From Eubacteriales bacterium (GTDB taxonomy: Bacteria > Bacillota > Clostridia > Oscillospirales > CAG-272), in assembly GCA_045655185.1 (NCBI GenBank), contig JAZOOS010000014.1, forward strand, positions 14,938 to 78,937: a stretch of DNA of 64,000 nt. Direction: 5' to 3'. The position numbers and the translations under genes are program-made. The notes under the pieces were generated by a model. The model worked only from the letters and a program-made list of their open reading frames with translations, was not told where the DNA came from and made no database searches. Each line of letters opens with the position of its first letter. Within the stretch, counting starts at the first letter, position 1. Positions 53,947 through 64,000 of this stretch are shown here, piece after piece.

Positions 53947-56490
53947 TTAATCCTTGCTTTCAAGCCAGGTCTTTCCTACTGTGATATCGACGGTAAGGGG
54001 GATTGAAAGGGTGGCGGCCTTTTCCATTTCCTCTTTGAGAATGGCTTTGGCGCGCTCGGCACAGCTGACGTGCGCTTCAAGGATCAGCTCGTCGTGTACC
54101 TGCAGGATCAGCGAAGCGTCGATCCCTTCTTCCTTTAAGCGACGGTCTACCGCGATCATGGCAAGCTTGATAATATCGGCGGCGCTTCCTTGCAGGGGGC
54201 TGTTCATAGCCGCCCTCTCACCGAATTTGCGCGTCGGGTATTGCGGGGCCCTCAGCTCGGGCAGGTAGCGCCGACGGCCGAGAAGCGTTTCGGTGTAGCC
54301 GTTCTGCTTGGCGCCCTCGATCACCCCGTCAAGATAATCCTTAACGCTTGGGAACTGGGCGAAATAAGCCTCTTGATATTGCTTGGCGTCCTTGACCGAG
54401 ATATGAAGATCGGCCGAAAGCGAATAGGCGGAAATACCGTAGATGATACCGAAATTTATTGCCTTGGCGCGTTTGCGAAGCTCGGGCGTTACGGCGTATT
54501 CGGGGATCGAGAAGGCGGCGGCCGCCGTGCGGGCGTGGATATCGGCCCCGCTTCGGTAAGCGTCTTGCATCGCTTCGTCGCCCGACATATGCGCCAGAAG
54601 CCGAAGCTCGATCTGCGAATAGTCGGCGTCGATCAATACGTACTCGTCGCTCTTCGTAATAAAGAAGCGGCGCAGCTGGCGCCCCAGCTCGGTCTTTACG
54701 GGGATGTTTTGCAGGTTCGGCTCGGCCGACGAAAGGCGGCCGGTGGCCGTTAAGGCCTGCTTGAATTCGGTGTGTACGCGCCCGTCCTCCGAAACCGCGG
54801 CCAAAAGGCCTTCGACGTAGGTGGAATAAAGCTTGGTCAGCTGGCGGTACTCTAAGATCGCGTCAATGATGGGGTGATGGTTTCTCAGCTCGTTGAGAAC
54901 GTCGGCATCGGTCGAATAGCCGCTTTTCGTCTTTTTGGCGGCGGGGAGCCCCAGCCGCTCGAAAAGAACCTCGCCGAGCTGCTTAGTCGAATTGATGTTA
55001 AAGGATACGCCCGCCATCTCGGTGATCGCCTCGGCATCGGCGTTGATCGCCCCCTGAAGCTCTACGCCGAAGGCGGCAAGCCCCTCGGTATCCACGCGGA
55101 AGCCGCGCTCTTCCATTTCGGCAAGCACCTTGGCAAGCGGTGTTTCGATCTCTTCGAAGAGCGAAAGCCCCCCGATCTCCCGAAGCTGCGCGTAAAGAGC
55201 CTCTTGTAAGTCGAAAAGAAGATGCGCCGTCGGTTGCCCCGCCTCGGGATAGACCGAAAGGTAGGAGCCGAGAAGAGAAGCGAGCTTAGGCTGCCCGCCC
55301 GAGGAATTAATAACGTAGGAGGCGAGCATCAGATCGCAAAGCAACGCCCCGGGGGCGACGCCGTTTTGATAGAGAAGCCGATAAAGCGGCTTGGCGTCAA
55401 AGGTGATAAGCGTAGCGCTTGCTTCAAAAAGAGGCGCGATCGAAGAAAGCTCGCCGCGATAGACGAGATTTCTTCCCTCCGAGGAAAGGTATAAGGCGCC
55501 CTTTTCCATAATGAGCGCGATTTTTTTGCCGAGAAGCGAAAGGACCCCCTCGGCGTCGGTTTCTTCGTAGCATACGCCCTCGCTCTTTTTTTCGCAAGCA
55601 GAGGGGGCGGGGGTGTTCTCTTCCTTTTTAAAAAGGTGGAAGCGGGCAATCAGATTGCCAAACTCAAACCTCGTAAAGCATTGATAAAGCGCTTCCTCGT
55701 TGATGCCCTTGTAAGCAAAGCTTTCAAAAGGAAGATCAAGCGGCACGGCGGTTTCAATCGTAGCCAAAAAACGCGAAAGATAGGCGGCCTCCTTATCCTT
55801 TGTAAGCTTTTCCCTTACCCCCTTGGAGATCGAGGGGGACTCAATGCTTTCGTAAACACCGTCCAGCGTTTTGAATTCGGCGATCAGCTTTAAGGCGGTC
55901 TTTTCGCCAACGCCGCCAACACCGGGGATATTATCCGAGGAGTCGCCCATTAAGGCCTTGGCATCGATAAGCTCGGCGGGCTCGATTCCGTATTTTTCAA
56001 AGAAAACGTCGCGGTCAAAGCATACGGTTTCCTTGTTTCCTGCCAAAAGGACCCGTGTTTTTCCGTCGATCAGCTGCAAAAGATCGCGGTCACCGCTCAG
56101 AATATACGCTTCGGTATCGGCTTCCTTCGCCGCCATTCTGGCAAGCGTGCCCTGCAAATCGTCGGCTTCATAGCCCTCTTTTTCAAGAACCGTAAGCCCC
56201 ATAGCCCGAAGGCATTCCTTCGCGTAATCAAACTGCTCGCGAAGCTCGGGCGGGCAGGGCTTTCGGTTGGCTTTATAAGGCTCGTACGCTTTTTTGCGGA
56301 AGGTGGGGGCGTGTACGTCAAAGGCGACGGCGGCGTAATCGGGCGAGAGGGCGGAAAGATGACGCTGCAAGATCTGTACCATACCGTATACCGCGTTGGT
56401 GTTCTTTCCGTCCTTGGTGGTTAAGGGGCGAATACCGTAAAAGGCGCGGTTCAGAATACTGTTTCCGTCAACGACCAGAAGCTTTTTCAT
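53947..56490 (-). CDS. polA: DNA polymerase I
   Basis: 847 aa. 5' nuclease N-terminus. Pol motifs DYSQIELR, KAINFGIIYG, QVHDEL. Confidence 0.95.
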   Translation of the reverse strand: MKKLLVVDGNSILNRAFYGIRPLTTKDGKNTNAVYGMVQILQRHLSALSPDYAAVAFDVHAPTFRKKAYEPYKANRKPCPPELREQFDYAKECLRAMGLTVLEKEGYEADDLQGTLARMAAKEADTEAYILSGDRDLLQLIDGKTRVLLAGNKETVCFDRDVFFEKYGIEPAELIDAKALMGDSSDNIPGVGGVGEKTALKLIAEFKTLDGVYESIESPSISKGVREKLTKDKEAAYLSRFLATIETAVPLDLPFESFAYKGINEEALYQCFTRFEFGNLIARFHLFKKEENTPAPSACEKKSEGVCYEETDAEGVLSLLGKKIALIMEKGALYLSSEGRNLVYRGELSSIAPLFEASATLITFDAKPLYRLLYQNGVAPGALLCDLMLASYVINSSGGQPKLASLLGSYLSVYPEAGQPTAHLLFDLQEALYAQLREIGGLSLFEEIETPLAKVLAEMEERGFRVDTEGLAAFGVELQGAINADAEAITEMAGVSFNINSTKQLGEVLFERLGLPAAKKTKSGYSTDADVLNELRNHHPIIDAILEYRQLTKLYSTYVEGLLAAVSEDGRVHTEFKQALTATGRLSSAEPNLQNIPVKTELGRQLRRFFITKSDEYVLIDADYSQIELRLLAHMSGDEAMQDAYRSGADIHARTAAAAFSIPEYAVTPELRKRAKAINFGIIYGISAYSLSADLHISVKDAKQYQEAYFAQFPSVKDYLDGVIEGAKQNGYTETLLGRRRYLPELRAPQYPTRKFGERAAMNSPLQGSAADIIKLAMIAVDRRLKEEGIDASLILQVHDELILEAHVSCAERAKAILKEEMEKAATLSIPLTVDITVGKTWLESKD

Positions 56491-57350
56491 TATTCCTCTT
56501 CCTTTTCTTCCATAAGATCTTCCTGCCCTTCGGTCACAAAACGGAGAGAGGGGGAGGATTGACGGTTAACGGTCAAGAGCGTTGCGACGGTGCGCGCCGT
56601 GGCATAAAAGAAGATCGCCAACAGCACGAAGTCCGGCATCGTATCGAAAAGGAGCGGGGCGCCGACCGCGGCGTGGTACACAAGATTCGGCAGGGAAAGC
56701 GACGCCGAGAAGAGAAGGGTAAGCAGGGTGATATAAGTATGAAGCGCCCATTTCGCGCGGCCGAGGGCGATACGGCTTTCCCCGAGGAAGAAGAAGGCCG
56801 CGAGCAAAAAGGCCGCTTGACAAAGAAGCTTGTGGGGGTTATTCAGCATCATCTGCCCCTCGAAATAAAGGTAAAAGGCGTAAAAGACCGAAAGACCGAC
56901 CGGGAAAAGCGAAAGCATTGCCCGTTTGGTCCCCGAAATATCAAAGAGAGAAAGAAGGAAGGCGATGCCGCTGAGCAGGGCGCAAAGCGCCGCAAGGATC
57001 GCGAAGAGAGAGGCAAACGCCGTGCCGCCCCCGACCTTGGTAAACAGCGAGTAAGAAAAGAAAAGGAAAACCGCCGCCGAGAAGGACGAGGCAAAAAGGG
57101 TAGGTATATCCCGATAATCGCCGTTGAACACGAAAAGCTCCGAAAGCTCGTGCGAGAAGACCGCGCCAAATACCACGCCCCCGATGAGAATGGCCGTGAA
57201 GGCGATCGAGAGAGTAGACGAGGTGAAGTATCCGGTCGCGGCGTCAAGATGCCCCAGAAGGGCAAGAATACGAAGCGTGATGACGGCAAGGGCGAGCGCT
57301 ACGGTGATCAAAAGAAAGCTAAGATGGATGCGCTTGGTTTTCGTTGACAT
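56490..57350 (-). CDS. polytopic membrane protein, unknown function, cotranscribed with polA
   Basis: 286-aa hydrophobic ORF. 1-nt stop/start overlap with polA. Confidence 0.6.
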   Translation of the reverse strand: MSTKTKRIHLSFLLITVALALAVITLRILALLGHLDAATGYFTSSTLSIAFTAILIGGVVFGAVFSHELSELFVFNGDYRDIPTLFASSFSAAVFLFFSYSLFTKVGGGTAFASLFAILAALCALLSGIAFLLSLFDISGTKRAMLSLFPVGLSVFYAFYLYFEGQMMLNNPHKLLCQAAFLLAAFFFLGESRIALGRAKWALHTYITLLTLLFSASLSLPNLVYHAAVGAPLLFDTMPDFVLLAIFFYATARTVATLLTVNRQSSPSLRFVTEGQEDLMEEKEEE

Positions 57351-57585
57351 AGGTTTTCTTCCTTTTTATTTAATATATAGGCCTTTTGAGGGCGTAAAAA
57401 GTATCGTCTCTTCTATTGTACCTCTTAATTGTGAATAAAATGTATCGAAGCCGCTTTTTGGACAAAAAAAGAAAAAAGTCCAAAAAACCCAATAAAATCA
57501 GGGCAACTATACAAATTGCACAAAAAACTGGGAAAAATTCTACATTTTTTCTATATAATTTTTTCGGGAAATTTTGTCACCCCTC

Positions 57586-57614
57586 TTGCAATCAAAAAAG
57601 GCTTGTTATATAAT
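57586..57614 (+). promoter_or_regulatory. promoter of the S10 ribosomal protein operon
   Basis: TTGCAA, 17-nt spacer, TATAAT. Confidence 0.55.
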
Positions 57615-57734
57615 ATTTGCTGGTATGCGTTGAAGTGGGAGATTGCTGCCTACCCTGGGGCAGGGAACTTCCATGGAGTATGTCCGTTAAACGGGCGATG
57701 TCGAATAGTATGCCGTAGGGGGCATACCTTCCTG

Positions 57735-57774
57735 CCGACCGAATCATCCCTTTTGGGGTGGTCGGGTTTCTTTT
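57735..57774 (+). promoter_or_regulatory. terminator-like hairpin inside the ~230-nt S10 operon leader (candidate attenuator)
   Basis: CCGACC..CCC-tttt-GGG..GGTCGG followed by GTTTCTTTT, 70 nt upstream of the rpsJ ATG. Preceded by the long helix GGCAGGGAA../..TTCCTGCC. Confidence 0.35.
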
Positions 57775-57846
57775 GGAGACAGAATGAAACGCACGGCAGG
57801 GTGTGAAACAAGACAGCCCTCCATTAAATAAAAGGAGGAAATTCAA

Positions 57847-58155
57847 ATGGCAAACGCAAAGATCAGAGTTCGTCTTAAGAGCTACGACCACACCCTCGTG
57901 GACGCGGCGGCCGCTAAGGTCGTTGAGGTGGCTAAGAGAAACGGTAGCGCTGTTTCCGGCCCCATTCCGCTTCCCACCGAGCGTGAGATCATCACCATTC
58001 TCCGCGCTGTTCATAAGTATAAGGACAGCCGTGAGCAGTTCGAGACCAGAACTCACAAGCGCCTTATCGACATTTTGAATCCGCAGGCTAAGACCGTGGA
58101 AGCTCTTATGAGCATCGAGCTGCCTGCCGGTGTCGAGATCGAAGTTAAGGCTTAA
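57847..58155 (+). CDS. rpsJ: 30S ribosomal protein S10
   Basis: [15 protein letters not shown]..; AGGAGG upstream. Canonical operon position. Confidence 0.97.
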   Translation: MANAKIRVRLKSYDHTLVDAAAAKVVEVAKRNGSAVSGPIPLPTEREIITILRAVHKYKDSREQFETRTHKRLIDILNPQAKTVEALMSIELPAGVEIEVKA

Positions 58156-58249
58156 TCAAATTTAGTTTTCCCACCACATCCTTGTGGTCACGTTGGCGTT
58201 CCGAGCGATCGGGAAATTCAAAGCGTCAACCAATAACTAGGAGGAAAAA

Positions 58250-58882
58250 ATGAAAAAAGGCATTATCGGAAAGAAGCTGGGTATGACCCAGATCTTCGAT
58301 GAAGTCGGAAACGTGATCCCCGTTACCCTGATCGAAGCCGGTCCTTGCGCCATCGCGCAGAAGAAGACCGCCGAGAAAGACGGGTACGAGGCTCTGCAGC
58401 TGTCCTTTGACGATTGCAGAGAAAAGGTTCTTTCGAAACCGGAAATCGGCCACCTGAAGAGTGCCGGTCTCGGTGCCAAAAGACATCTGAAGGAATTTCG
58501 TCTTGCGGATTGCAGCGCTTACAACGTGGGCGACGTGATTTCTGCCGATACCTTCGCCAGCGGCGATAAGGTCGACATTACCGGAATCACCAAGGGCCAC
58601 GGCTACACGGGCGCTATCAAACGCTGGAACCACCACATCCTGCGGATGACTCACGGTACGGGTCCTGTACACCGTCAGGTCGGTTCTATGGGTGCCAACT
58701 CGACGCCCTCCCGCGTTTACAAGAACAAGAAAATGGCAGGCCAGTACGGTAACGAGCAGGTAACCATCCTGAATCTTGCTGTCGTTAAGGTCGATGCAGA
58801 GAAAAACCTGATCGCGGTCAAGGGCGCCGTTCCCGGTGCCAAGGGCGGTATCGTCTTCATCCGCGATTCGGTGAAAGCATAA
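58250..58882 (+). CDS. rplC: 50S ribosomal protein L3
   Basis: MKKGIIGKKLGMTQIFDE..; operon order. Confidence 0.97.
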   Translation: MKKGIIGKKLGMTQIFDEVGNVIPVTLIEAGPCAIAQKKTAEKDGYEALQLSFDDCREKVLSKPEIGHLKSAGLGAKRHLKEFRLADCSAYNVGDVISADTFASGDKVDITGITKGHGYTGAIKRWNHHILRMTHGTGPVHRQVGSMGANSTPSRVYKNKKMAGQYGNEQVTILNLAVVKVDAEKNLIAVKGAVPGAKGGIVFIRDSVKA

Positions 58883-58900
58883 CGGAAGGAGGAACAAACA

Positions 58901-59524
58901 ATGCCTACTATGAAAGTTGTTGATATGGCCGGCAAAGAGGTTGGCTCGATCGAGCTGTCCGAAAAGGTGTTTGGCGCCGAGGTTAACGCCGCGCTCCTCC
59001 ACACCGCTGTCAGAGCTTATCTTATGAATCAACGTCAGGGCACGCAATCCACCCTCACCCGCAGCGAAGTCTCGGGCGGCGGTAAGAAGCCCTGGAAGCA
59101 GAAGGGCACCGGTAGAGCAAGACAGGGCTCGACCCGTTCCCCTCAGTGGGTACACGGCGGTATCGCCCTGGGCCCGAAGCCCCGCACCTATCATATTGAG
59201 ATGAACCGCAAGGCTAAGCAAGCTGCTATGTTCAGCGCCTTCTCTTCTAAGGTAGCCGCCGGCGAGATGATCGTCGTCGACGCCATCAATGCGACCGAAT
59301 ACAAGACCAAGGCTATGACCGAGATGCTCGCCGCGCTGAACGCTGGCAAGAAGACGCTGATCGTTCTGCCCGAGGTCAATGCCTTCGTCGTGAAGAGCTG
59401 CGCCAACATCCCCGGTGTCAAAACGGCGGTCTGCAACGCGATCTGCACCTATGACATCCTGAATTGCGATACCTTCATCATCGCCAGTGATGCGGTCAAG
59501 AAGATTGAGGAGGTTTACGCATAA
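58901..59524 (+). CDS. rplD: 50S ribosomal protein L4
   Basis: KPWKQKGTGRARQGS motif; operon order. Confidence 0.97.
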   Translation: MPTMKVVDMAGKEVGSIELSEKVFGAEVNAALLHTAVRAYLMNQRQGTQSTLTRSEVSGGGKKPWKQKGTGRARQGSTRSPQWVHGGIALGPKPRTYHIEMNRKAKQAAMFSAFSSKVAAGEMIVVDAINATEYKTKAMTEMLAALNAGKKTLIVLPEVNAFVVKSCANIPGVKTAVCNAICTYDILNCDTFIIASDAVKKIEEVYA

Positions 59525-59817
59525 TGAGAAGCATTGAAAACGTCATCGTAAGACCTCTTATCACCGAAAAGAGCATGGACGGCGTTGCCGAGAAGCGTTA
59601 CTGCTTCGAGGTTGCTGCCGATGCCACCAAGGCCGATATCGCGGCGGCAGTCGAAGCGATGTTCGGTGTTGAGGTTAAGAGTGTCAACACGATCAACATG
59701 AAAAAGAAACCGAAGCGCCTTGGCGTTCACGCCGGTTTCACCAGCGAGTGGAAGAAAGCGATCGTTCTTCTGAAGGAAGATTCCAAGACGATCAGCTTCT
59801 TCGACAGCATGAACTGA
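59524..59817 (+). CDS. rplW: 50S ribosomal protein L23
   Basis: VIVRPLITEKS motif; operon order. Confidence 0.96.
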   Translation: MRSIENVIVRPLITEKSMDGVAEKRYCFEVAADATKADIAAAVEAMFGVEVKSVNTINMKKKPKRLGVHAGFTSEWKKAIVLLKEDSKTISFFDSMN

Positions 59818-59835
59818 TAAGGGAGGAAGAAGAAA

Positions 59836-60666
59836 ATGGCTGCTATCAAATATAGTCCTACTACTCCGTCCCGCAGAAATATGTCGGCGCCCTCTTTCAG
59901 CGAGATCACCAAGTTCGAGCCTGAGAAGTCGCTCTTGGTCGTTAAGAAGAAGAACGCGGGCCGTAACAGCTACGGTAAGATCACCGTTCGTCACAAGGGT
60001 GGCGGAAACAGACAGAAGTACCGCTTGATCGACTTCAAGCGTCAGAACGAGAGCCCTGCGACGGTCGTCGGCATTGAGTACGACCCCAACCGCACGGCTT
60101 ATATCGCCCTTCTGCAGCATGAGGACGGCAAGAAGAACTACGTTATCGCGACCGACGGTCTGCGCGCCGGCGACGTGATCTACGCTTCGGCCGATGCCGA
60201 TATCAAGGTCGGTAACACCCTGCCGATCGCCAACATTCCCGTTGGTACCTTTATTAACAACATTGAGCTTTATCCCGGCAAGGGGGCCCAGATGGTCCGT
60301 TCCGCCGGCGCCTCGGCCCAGCTGATGGCGAAGGAGAACGGGATCGCCCAGGTCCGTCTTCCCTCGGGTGAGGTTCGTATGGTTCGCCTCGATTGCAAGG
60401 CGACCATCGGTCAGATCGGTAACATCGAGCACGACACCGTTAAGCTCGGTAAGGCCGGTAAGACCCGCCACAAGGGTATCCGTCCGACCGTTCGCGGTTC
60501 GGTTATGAACCCCTGTGACCACCCTCACGGCGGTGGTGAAGGTAAGTCCCCCATCGGTCGTCCCGGCCCTGTAACGCCTTGGGGCAAGCCCGCCCTCGGT
60601 TACAAGACCAGAGACCGTAAGGCAAGGACCGATAAGTTCATCGTTAAGCGCAGAAATGCGAAATAA
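59836..60666 (+). CDS. rplB: 50S ribosomal protein L2
   Basis: [18 protein letters not shown] motif. Confidence 0.97.
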   Translation: MAAIKYSPTTPSRRNMSAPSFSEITKFEPEKSLLVVKKKNAGRNSYGKITVRHKGGGNRQKYRLIDFKRQNESPATVVGIEYDPNRTAYIALLQHEDGKKNYVIATDGLRAGDVIYASADADIKVGNTLPIANIPVGTFINNIELYPGKGAQMVRSAGASAQLMAKENGIAQVRLPSGEVRMVRLDCKATIGQIGNIEHDTVKLGKAGKTRHKGIRPTVRGSVMNPCDHPHGGGEGKSPIGRPGPVTPWGKPALGYKTRDRKARTDKFIVKRRNAK

Positions 60667-60684
60667 GCGGAAGGAGACAAGAGT

Positions 60685-60966
60685 ATGAGCAGAAGCCTGA
60701 AAAAAGCCCCTTACGTAAAGCCGGAGCTTTACAACAAGATCGTTGCTATGAACGAAAAGGGCGAAAAGAAGGTTTTGAAAACCTGGTCTCGCGCCTCCAC
60801 CGTTTTCCCGGATTTCGTTGGGCATACGATCGCCGTTCACGACGGTAGAAAGCATGTTCCGGTGTATATCACCGAGGATATGGTAGGTCGCAAGCTGGGC
60901 GAATTCGCCCCCACCCGTACCTTTAAGGGCCACGCGGGTTCGAAGACCTCCAACAACGGGAAATGA
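60685..60966 (+). CDS. rpsS: 30S ribosomal protein S19
   Basis: [28 protein letters not shown]. Confidence 0.97.
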   Translation: MSRSLKKAPYVKPELYNKIVAMNEKGEKKVLKTWSRASTVFPDFVGHTIAVHDGRKHVPVYITEDMVGRKLGEFAPTRTFKGHAGSKTSNNGK

Positions 60967-60983
60967 AAGGAGCAGACCTAAAA

Positions 60984-61325
60984 ATGGAAGCGAAGGCATA
61001 TCTGAAGTATATCAGAATTTCTCCGCGTAAGGTAAAGATCGTTCTCGATCTTATCCGCGGCAAGGATACCGAGGTCGCCATGGCGATCCTCGAGAACACG
61101 CAGAAGAGCGCATCCGAACCGCTGATCAAGCTTTTGAAGAGCGCCGTTGCCAATGCGGAACACAATTTCAATATGAACGCCGGAAACCTTTACATTTCCG
61201 AGTGCTTCGTCTGCCCCGGCCCGACTCTGAAGAGAGTACAGCCGAGAGCGCAGGGAAGAGCGTTCAGAATCTTAAAGAGAACCAGCCATATCACCATGGC
61301 AGTAAAAGAGAAGGAGGTCGGCTGA
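60984..61325 (+). CDS. rplV: 50S ribosomal protein L22
   Basis: Start at [16 protein letters not shown] (AAAGGAG upstream). Confidence 0.95.
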   Translation: MEAKAYLKYIRISPRKVKIVLDLIRGKDTEVAMAILENTQKSASEPLIKLLKSAVANAEHNFNMNAGNLYISECFVCPGPTLKRVQPRAQGRAFRILKRTSHITMAVKEKEVG

Positions 61326-61326
61326 G

Positions 61327-62112
61327 ATGGGACAGAAGGTTAATCCCCACGGACTGCGCGTTGGCGTAATCAAGGGTTGGGATTCCAGATGGTTTGTGGA
61401 AGACGAAGTCTTCGGCGATACCCTGGTTTCTGACTACAACATCAGAGAATATCTGAAGAAGAAGCTTCAGGCAGCCGGCTGCCCGAAGTTTGAGATCGAG
61501 CGCGACAAAGAGCGCGTTCGTGTATTCGTGCATTGCGCGAAGCCCGGTATGGTCATCGGCCGCGGCGGCGTGGAGATCGAAAAGCTCCGCGTTGAGCTGG
61601 AGGCTATGGTTGGCCGTCCCGTAATCGTTAACGTCGTTGAGATCCGTAACCCCGACCTCAACGCTCAGCTGGTCGCCGAGAGCATCGCGGCTCAGCTGGA
61701 AAAGCGTACCTCTTTCCGCCGCGCGATGAAGCAGGCCATCGGCCGCACCATGCGTCTTGGCGCGAAGGGTATCAAGGTTTGCTGCAGCGGCCGTCTCGGC
61801 GGCGCCGAAATCGCCCGCTCTGAGCATTACCACGAGGGAACCATTCCGCTGCAGACTCTCCGTGCCGATATCGAATACGGTTTCTATGAAGCCAATACCA
61901 CCTACGGTAAGATCGGTATCAAGGTTTGGATCTACAAGGGTGAAGTTCTTGCCGAAAGCGCAGAGCGCGCCGCCAGAACCGACCGAACCGAGAGACGCCC
62001 CCGCCGCCCCGGCAACGGCAACAACAACGGTCGCCGTCCTGCAGGCGGTAACAGCGAAGGCAGAGGTCCCCGCCGTTTTGATCACAGAAGAGCAGAGGAG
62101 GGAACCAAATAA
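61327..62112 (+). CDS. rpsC: 30S ribosomal protein S3 (with an about 40-aa Arg/Gly-rich C-terminal tail)
   Basis: [13 protein letters not shown]..; KH domain. Confidence 0.96.
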   Translation: MGQKVNPHGLRVGVIKGWDSRWFVEDEVFGDTLVSDYNIREYLKKKLQAAGCPKFEIERDKERVRVFVHCAKPGMVIGRGGVEIEKLRVELEAMVGRPVIVNVVEIRNPDLNAQLVAESIAAQLEKRTSFRRAMKQAIGRTMRLGAKGIKVCCSGRLGGAEIARSEHYHEGTIPLQTLRADIEYGFYEANTTYGKIGIKVWIYKGEVLAESAERAARTDRTERRPRRPGNGNNNGRRPAGGNSEGRGPRRFDHRRAEEGTK

Positions 62113-62543
62113 TGTTAATGCCTAAAAGAGTAAAGTACAGACGCGTTCAGCGCGGCCGTATGAAGGGCAAGGCCAGCCGTGGTACCACGTTGGCGTTCGG
62201 CTCTTACGGTCTGGTCGCTTTGGAACCCGCCTGGATCAAGAGCAACCAGATCGAGGCTGCCCGTATTGCTATGACCCGTTATACCAAGCGTGGCGGTAAG
62301 GTCTGGATCAAGATTTTCCCGGATAAGCCCGTAACCGAAAAGCCTGCCGAAACTCGAATGGGTTCCGGTAAGGGTTCGCCCGAATACTGGGTGGCCGTCG
62401 TTAAGCCCGGCCGCATCATGTTCGAGATGGAAGGCATCCCGGAAGCGGAAGCAAGAGAGGCCATGCGTCTTGCTATGCATAAGCTGCCGATCAAGTGCAA
62501 GTTTATCACCAAAGACGACGTGGTAGAAGCAGAGGAGGAATAA
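62112..62543 (+). CDS. rplP: 50S ribosomal protein L16
   Basis: [11 protein letters not shown]..; TAATG overlap with rpsC. Confidence 0.96.
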   Translation: MLMPKRVKYRRVQRGRMKGKASRGTTLAFGSYGLVALEPAWIKSNQIEAARIAMTRYTKRGGKVWIKIFPDKPVTEKPAETRMGSGKGSPEYWVAVVKPGRIMFEMEGIPEAEAREAMRLAMHKLPIKCKFITKDDVVEAEEE

Positions 62544-62546
62544 GCC

Positions 62547-62735
62547 GTGAAAGCAAATGAATTGAGAGAGCTCAGCACTGAGCAGCTCGAAAAGAAGCTC
62601 GCCGAGCTTAAGAGCGAATTATTCAATCTCCGTTTCCAGCACGCTATCAATCAGCTTGATAACCCGCACAGAATTCCCGAGGTCAGACACGACATCGCAC
62701 GCGTCATGACGCTTCTTGGCGAGAAGAATGTCTGA
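62547..62735 (+). CDS. rpmC: 50S ribosomal protein L29
   Basis: GTG start; [18 protein letters not shown]. Confidence 0.95.
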   Translation: MKANELRELSTEQLEKKLAELKSELFNLRFQHAINQLDNPHRIPEVRHDIARVMTLLGEKNV

Positions 62736-62749
62736 GGAGGTAGAGAAAC

Positions 62750-63007
62750 ATGATTGAACGTAACCTGAGAAAAACCAGAGTAGGCAAGGTCATCAGCACG
62801 AAGATGGATAAGACCATCGTTGTCGCGATCGAGGATAACGTCCGTCACCCCAAGTACGGCAAGATCCTGAAGCGCACGACCAAGATCCACGCCCATGATG
62901 AGCAGAATGCCTGCAACGTTGGCGACAAAGTTTCCGTAATGGAGACGAGACCCCTTTCCGCAACCAAGCGGTGGCGTCTTGTTGAAATTATCGAGAAAGC
63001 GAAATAA
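62750..63007 (+). CDS. rpsQ: 30S ribosomal protein S17
   Basis: [22 protein letters not shown]. Confidence 0.96.
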   Translation: MIERNLRKTRVGKVISTKMDKTIVVAIEDNVRHPKYGKILKRTTKIHAHDEQNACNVGDKVSVMETRPLSATKRWRLVEIIEKAK

Positions 63008-63065
63008 GTTTCAACAATTATAAGTAGGCAGGTCAAAAAGCTTGTCGAAAAAGGAGGAAACCTAA

Positions 63066-63434
63066 GTGATTCAACAGCAGTCATTAATGAAGGTCGCCGA
63101 CAATACCGGCGCCAAAGAGCTGATGTGTATCCGTGTGCTTGGCGGTTCTGCCAGACGCTACGCGGGCATCGGCGATATTGTCGTCGCGTCTGTTAAAAAG
63201 GCAGCGCCCGGCGGCATGGTAAAAAAGGGTGACGTTGTCAAGGCTGTTGTCGTCAGAACTGTGAACGGTGTCCGTCGTGCCGACGGCTCGTACCTCAAGT
63301 TTGACGAAAACGCCGCTGTCATCCTGAAAGACGATAATACGCCTAAAGGTACCCGTATCTTTGGGCCTGTAGCAAGAGAGCTCCGCGATAAGGATTTCAC
63401 CAAGATCCTTTCTCTGGCTCCCGAAGTACTTTGA
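63066..63434 (+). CDS. rplN: 50S ribosomal protein L14
   Basis: GTG start; [18 protein letters not shown]. Confidence 0.96.
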   Translation: MIQQQSLMKVADNTGAKELMCIRVLGGSARRYAGIGDIVVASVKKAAPGGMVKKGDVVKAVVVRTVNGVRRADGSYLKFDENAAVILKDDNTPKGTRIFGPVARELRDKDFTKILSLAPEVL

Positions 63435-63452
63435 TCGGAGGAAAAACGAATT

Positions 63453-63782
63453 ATGAATACGCTTCATATTAAGAAAGACGATCTGGTCGTTGTTCTCTCC
63501 GGCGACGATAAGGGAGTTCGCGGCAAGGTCCTGGCCGTCTCGCCTAAAGAAGGCAAGGTTATGGTCGAGGGCGTTAACAAGGTCAAAAAGCACAATAAAG
63601 CCCGCAGACAGGGCGAGACCAGCAGCATCATCGAGACCGAAGGCGCGATCTACGCTTCTAAGGTTCAGCTGGTATGCCCCAAGTGCGACAAGGGCGTGCG
63701 TGCCCGTTACGTCTTCCAGGAAGACAAGAACGGTCAGCAGGTCAAGGTTCGCGTTTGCGCCAAATGCGGCGAGAAAATCTGA
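63453..63782 (+). CDS. rplX: 50S ribosomal protein L24 (variant with CxxC...CxxC)
   Basis: KKDDLVVVLSGDDKG KOW motif. C-terminal CPKC..CAKC. Confidence 0.95.
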   Translation: MNTLHIKKDDLVVVLSGDDKGVRGKVLAVSPKEGKVMVEGVNKVKKHNKARRQGETSSIIETEGAIYASKVQLVCPKCDKGVRARYVFQEDKNGQQVKVRVCAKCGEKI

Positions 63783-63799
63783 GTGGAGGAGAGTAGAAA

Positions 63800-64000
63800 A
63801 TGTCTAGATACAGTGAACTTTACAAAAACGAAGCCGCTCCCGCCCTCATGAAGAAGTTTTCCTACAAGAGCCCGATGCAGATCCCGCGCTTTGAGAAGAT
63901 CGTGATCAACGTCGGCTGCGGCGACGCCAAGGAAAACAGCAAGGTTATCGATTCGGTTATCTCGGAGATCTCCATGATCGCCGGCCAGAAGGCGGTTCCG
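63800..64000 (+). CDS. rplE: 50S ribosomal protein L5, N-terminal part (runs off the window)
   Basis: ATG 63800 after GGAGGAG. MSRYSELYKNEAAPALMKKF..IPRFEKIVINVG. Confidence 0.93.
   Translation, partial: MSRYSELYKNEAAPALMKKFSYKSPMQIPRFEKIVINVGCGDAKENSKVIDSVISEISMIAGQKAVP

Overview
Chromosomal segment of a roughly 55-58% GC Firmicutes/Clostridia-type genome (my inference from protein families, Shine-Dalgarno usage and TTGACA-17-TATAAT promoters). It is mostly housekeeping: the pnp 3' end, prfC, gdhA, gpmI, a type IIA topoisomerase B subunit, lexA, a fatty-acid CoA ligase, a guanine-riboswitch-controlled xpt followed by a BMP-type nucleoside ABC transporter, der, obg, ppiB, rpmB, asnB, topB, mutY, polA and the start of the S10/spc ribosomal protein operon (rpsJ to rplE). 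tRNA-Val(GAC) and tRNA-Gln(TTG) are present. I saw no rRNA, CRISPR array, transposase or integrase. Four things are not explained by ordinary annotation. (1) A low-GC islet of about 1.8 kb (28.2-30.0 kb) carries an XRE repressor gene facing a two-gene operon: a TPR-like soluble protein and a 2-TM protein with a YidD/haemolytic domain. The operon has a perfect consensus promoter whose spacer is a palindromic operator. (2) The islet is bracketed by degenerate tRNA-Gln-like repeat units next to the real tRNA-Gln. Each unit follows a terminator-like hairpin, and units A and B carry a GC-rich structured insert at the T-loop position. (3) A 205-230 bp multi-hairpin intergenic repeat family occurs at 1.0 kb, as 3.5 tandem copies at 19.8-20.6 kb, and as a partial copy at 41.5 kb. 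Three of its helices show compensatory changes between copies. (4) Several small unassigned elements are present: a 105-nt junction structure after tRNA-Val, a Cys-rich 66-aa ORF with an attenuator-like leader, and a 25-codon translationally coupled micro-ORF. All calls come from reading the sequence and the ORF track. No database search was run.
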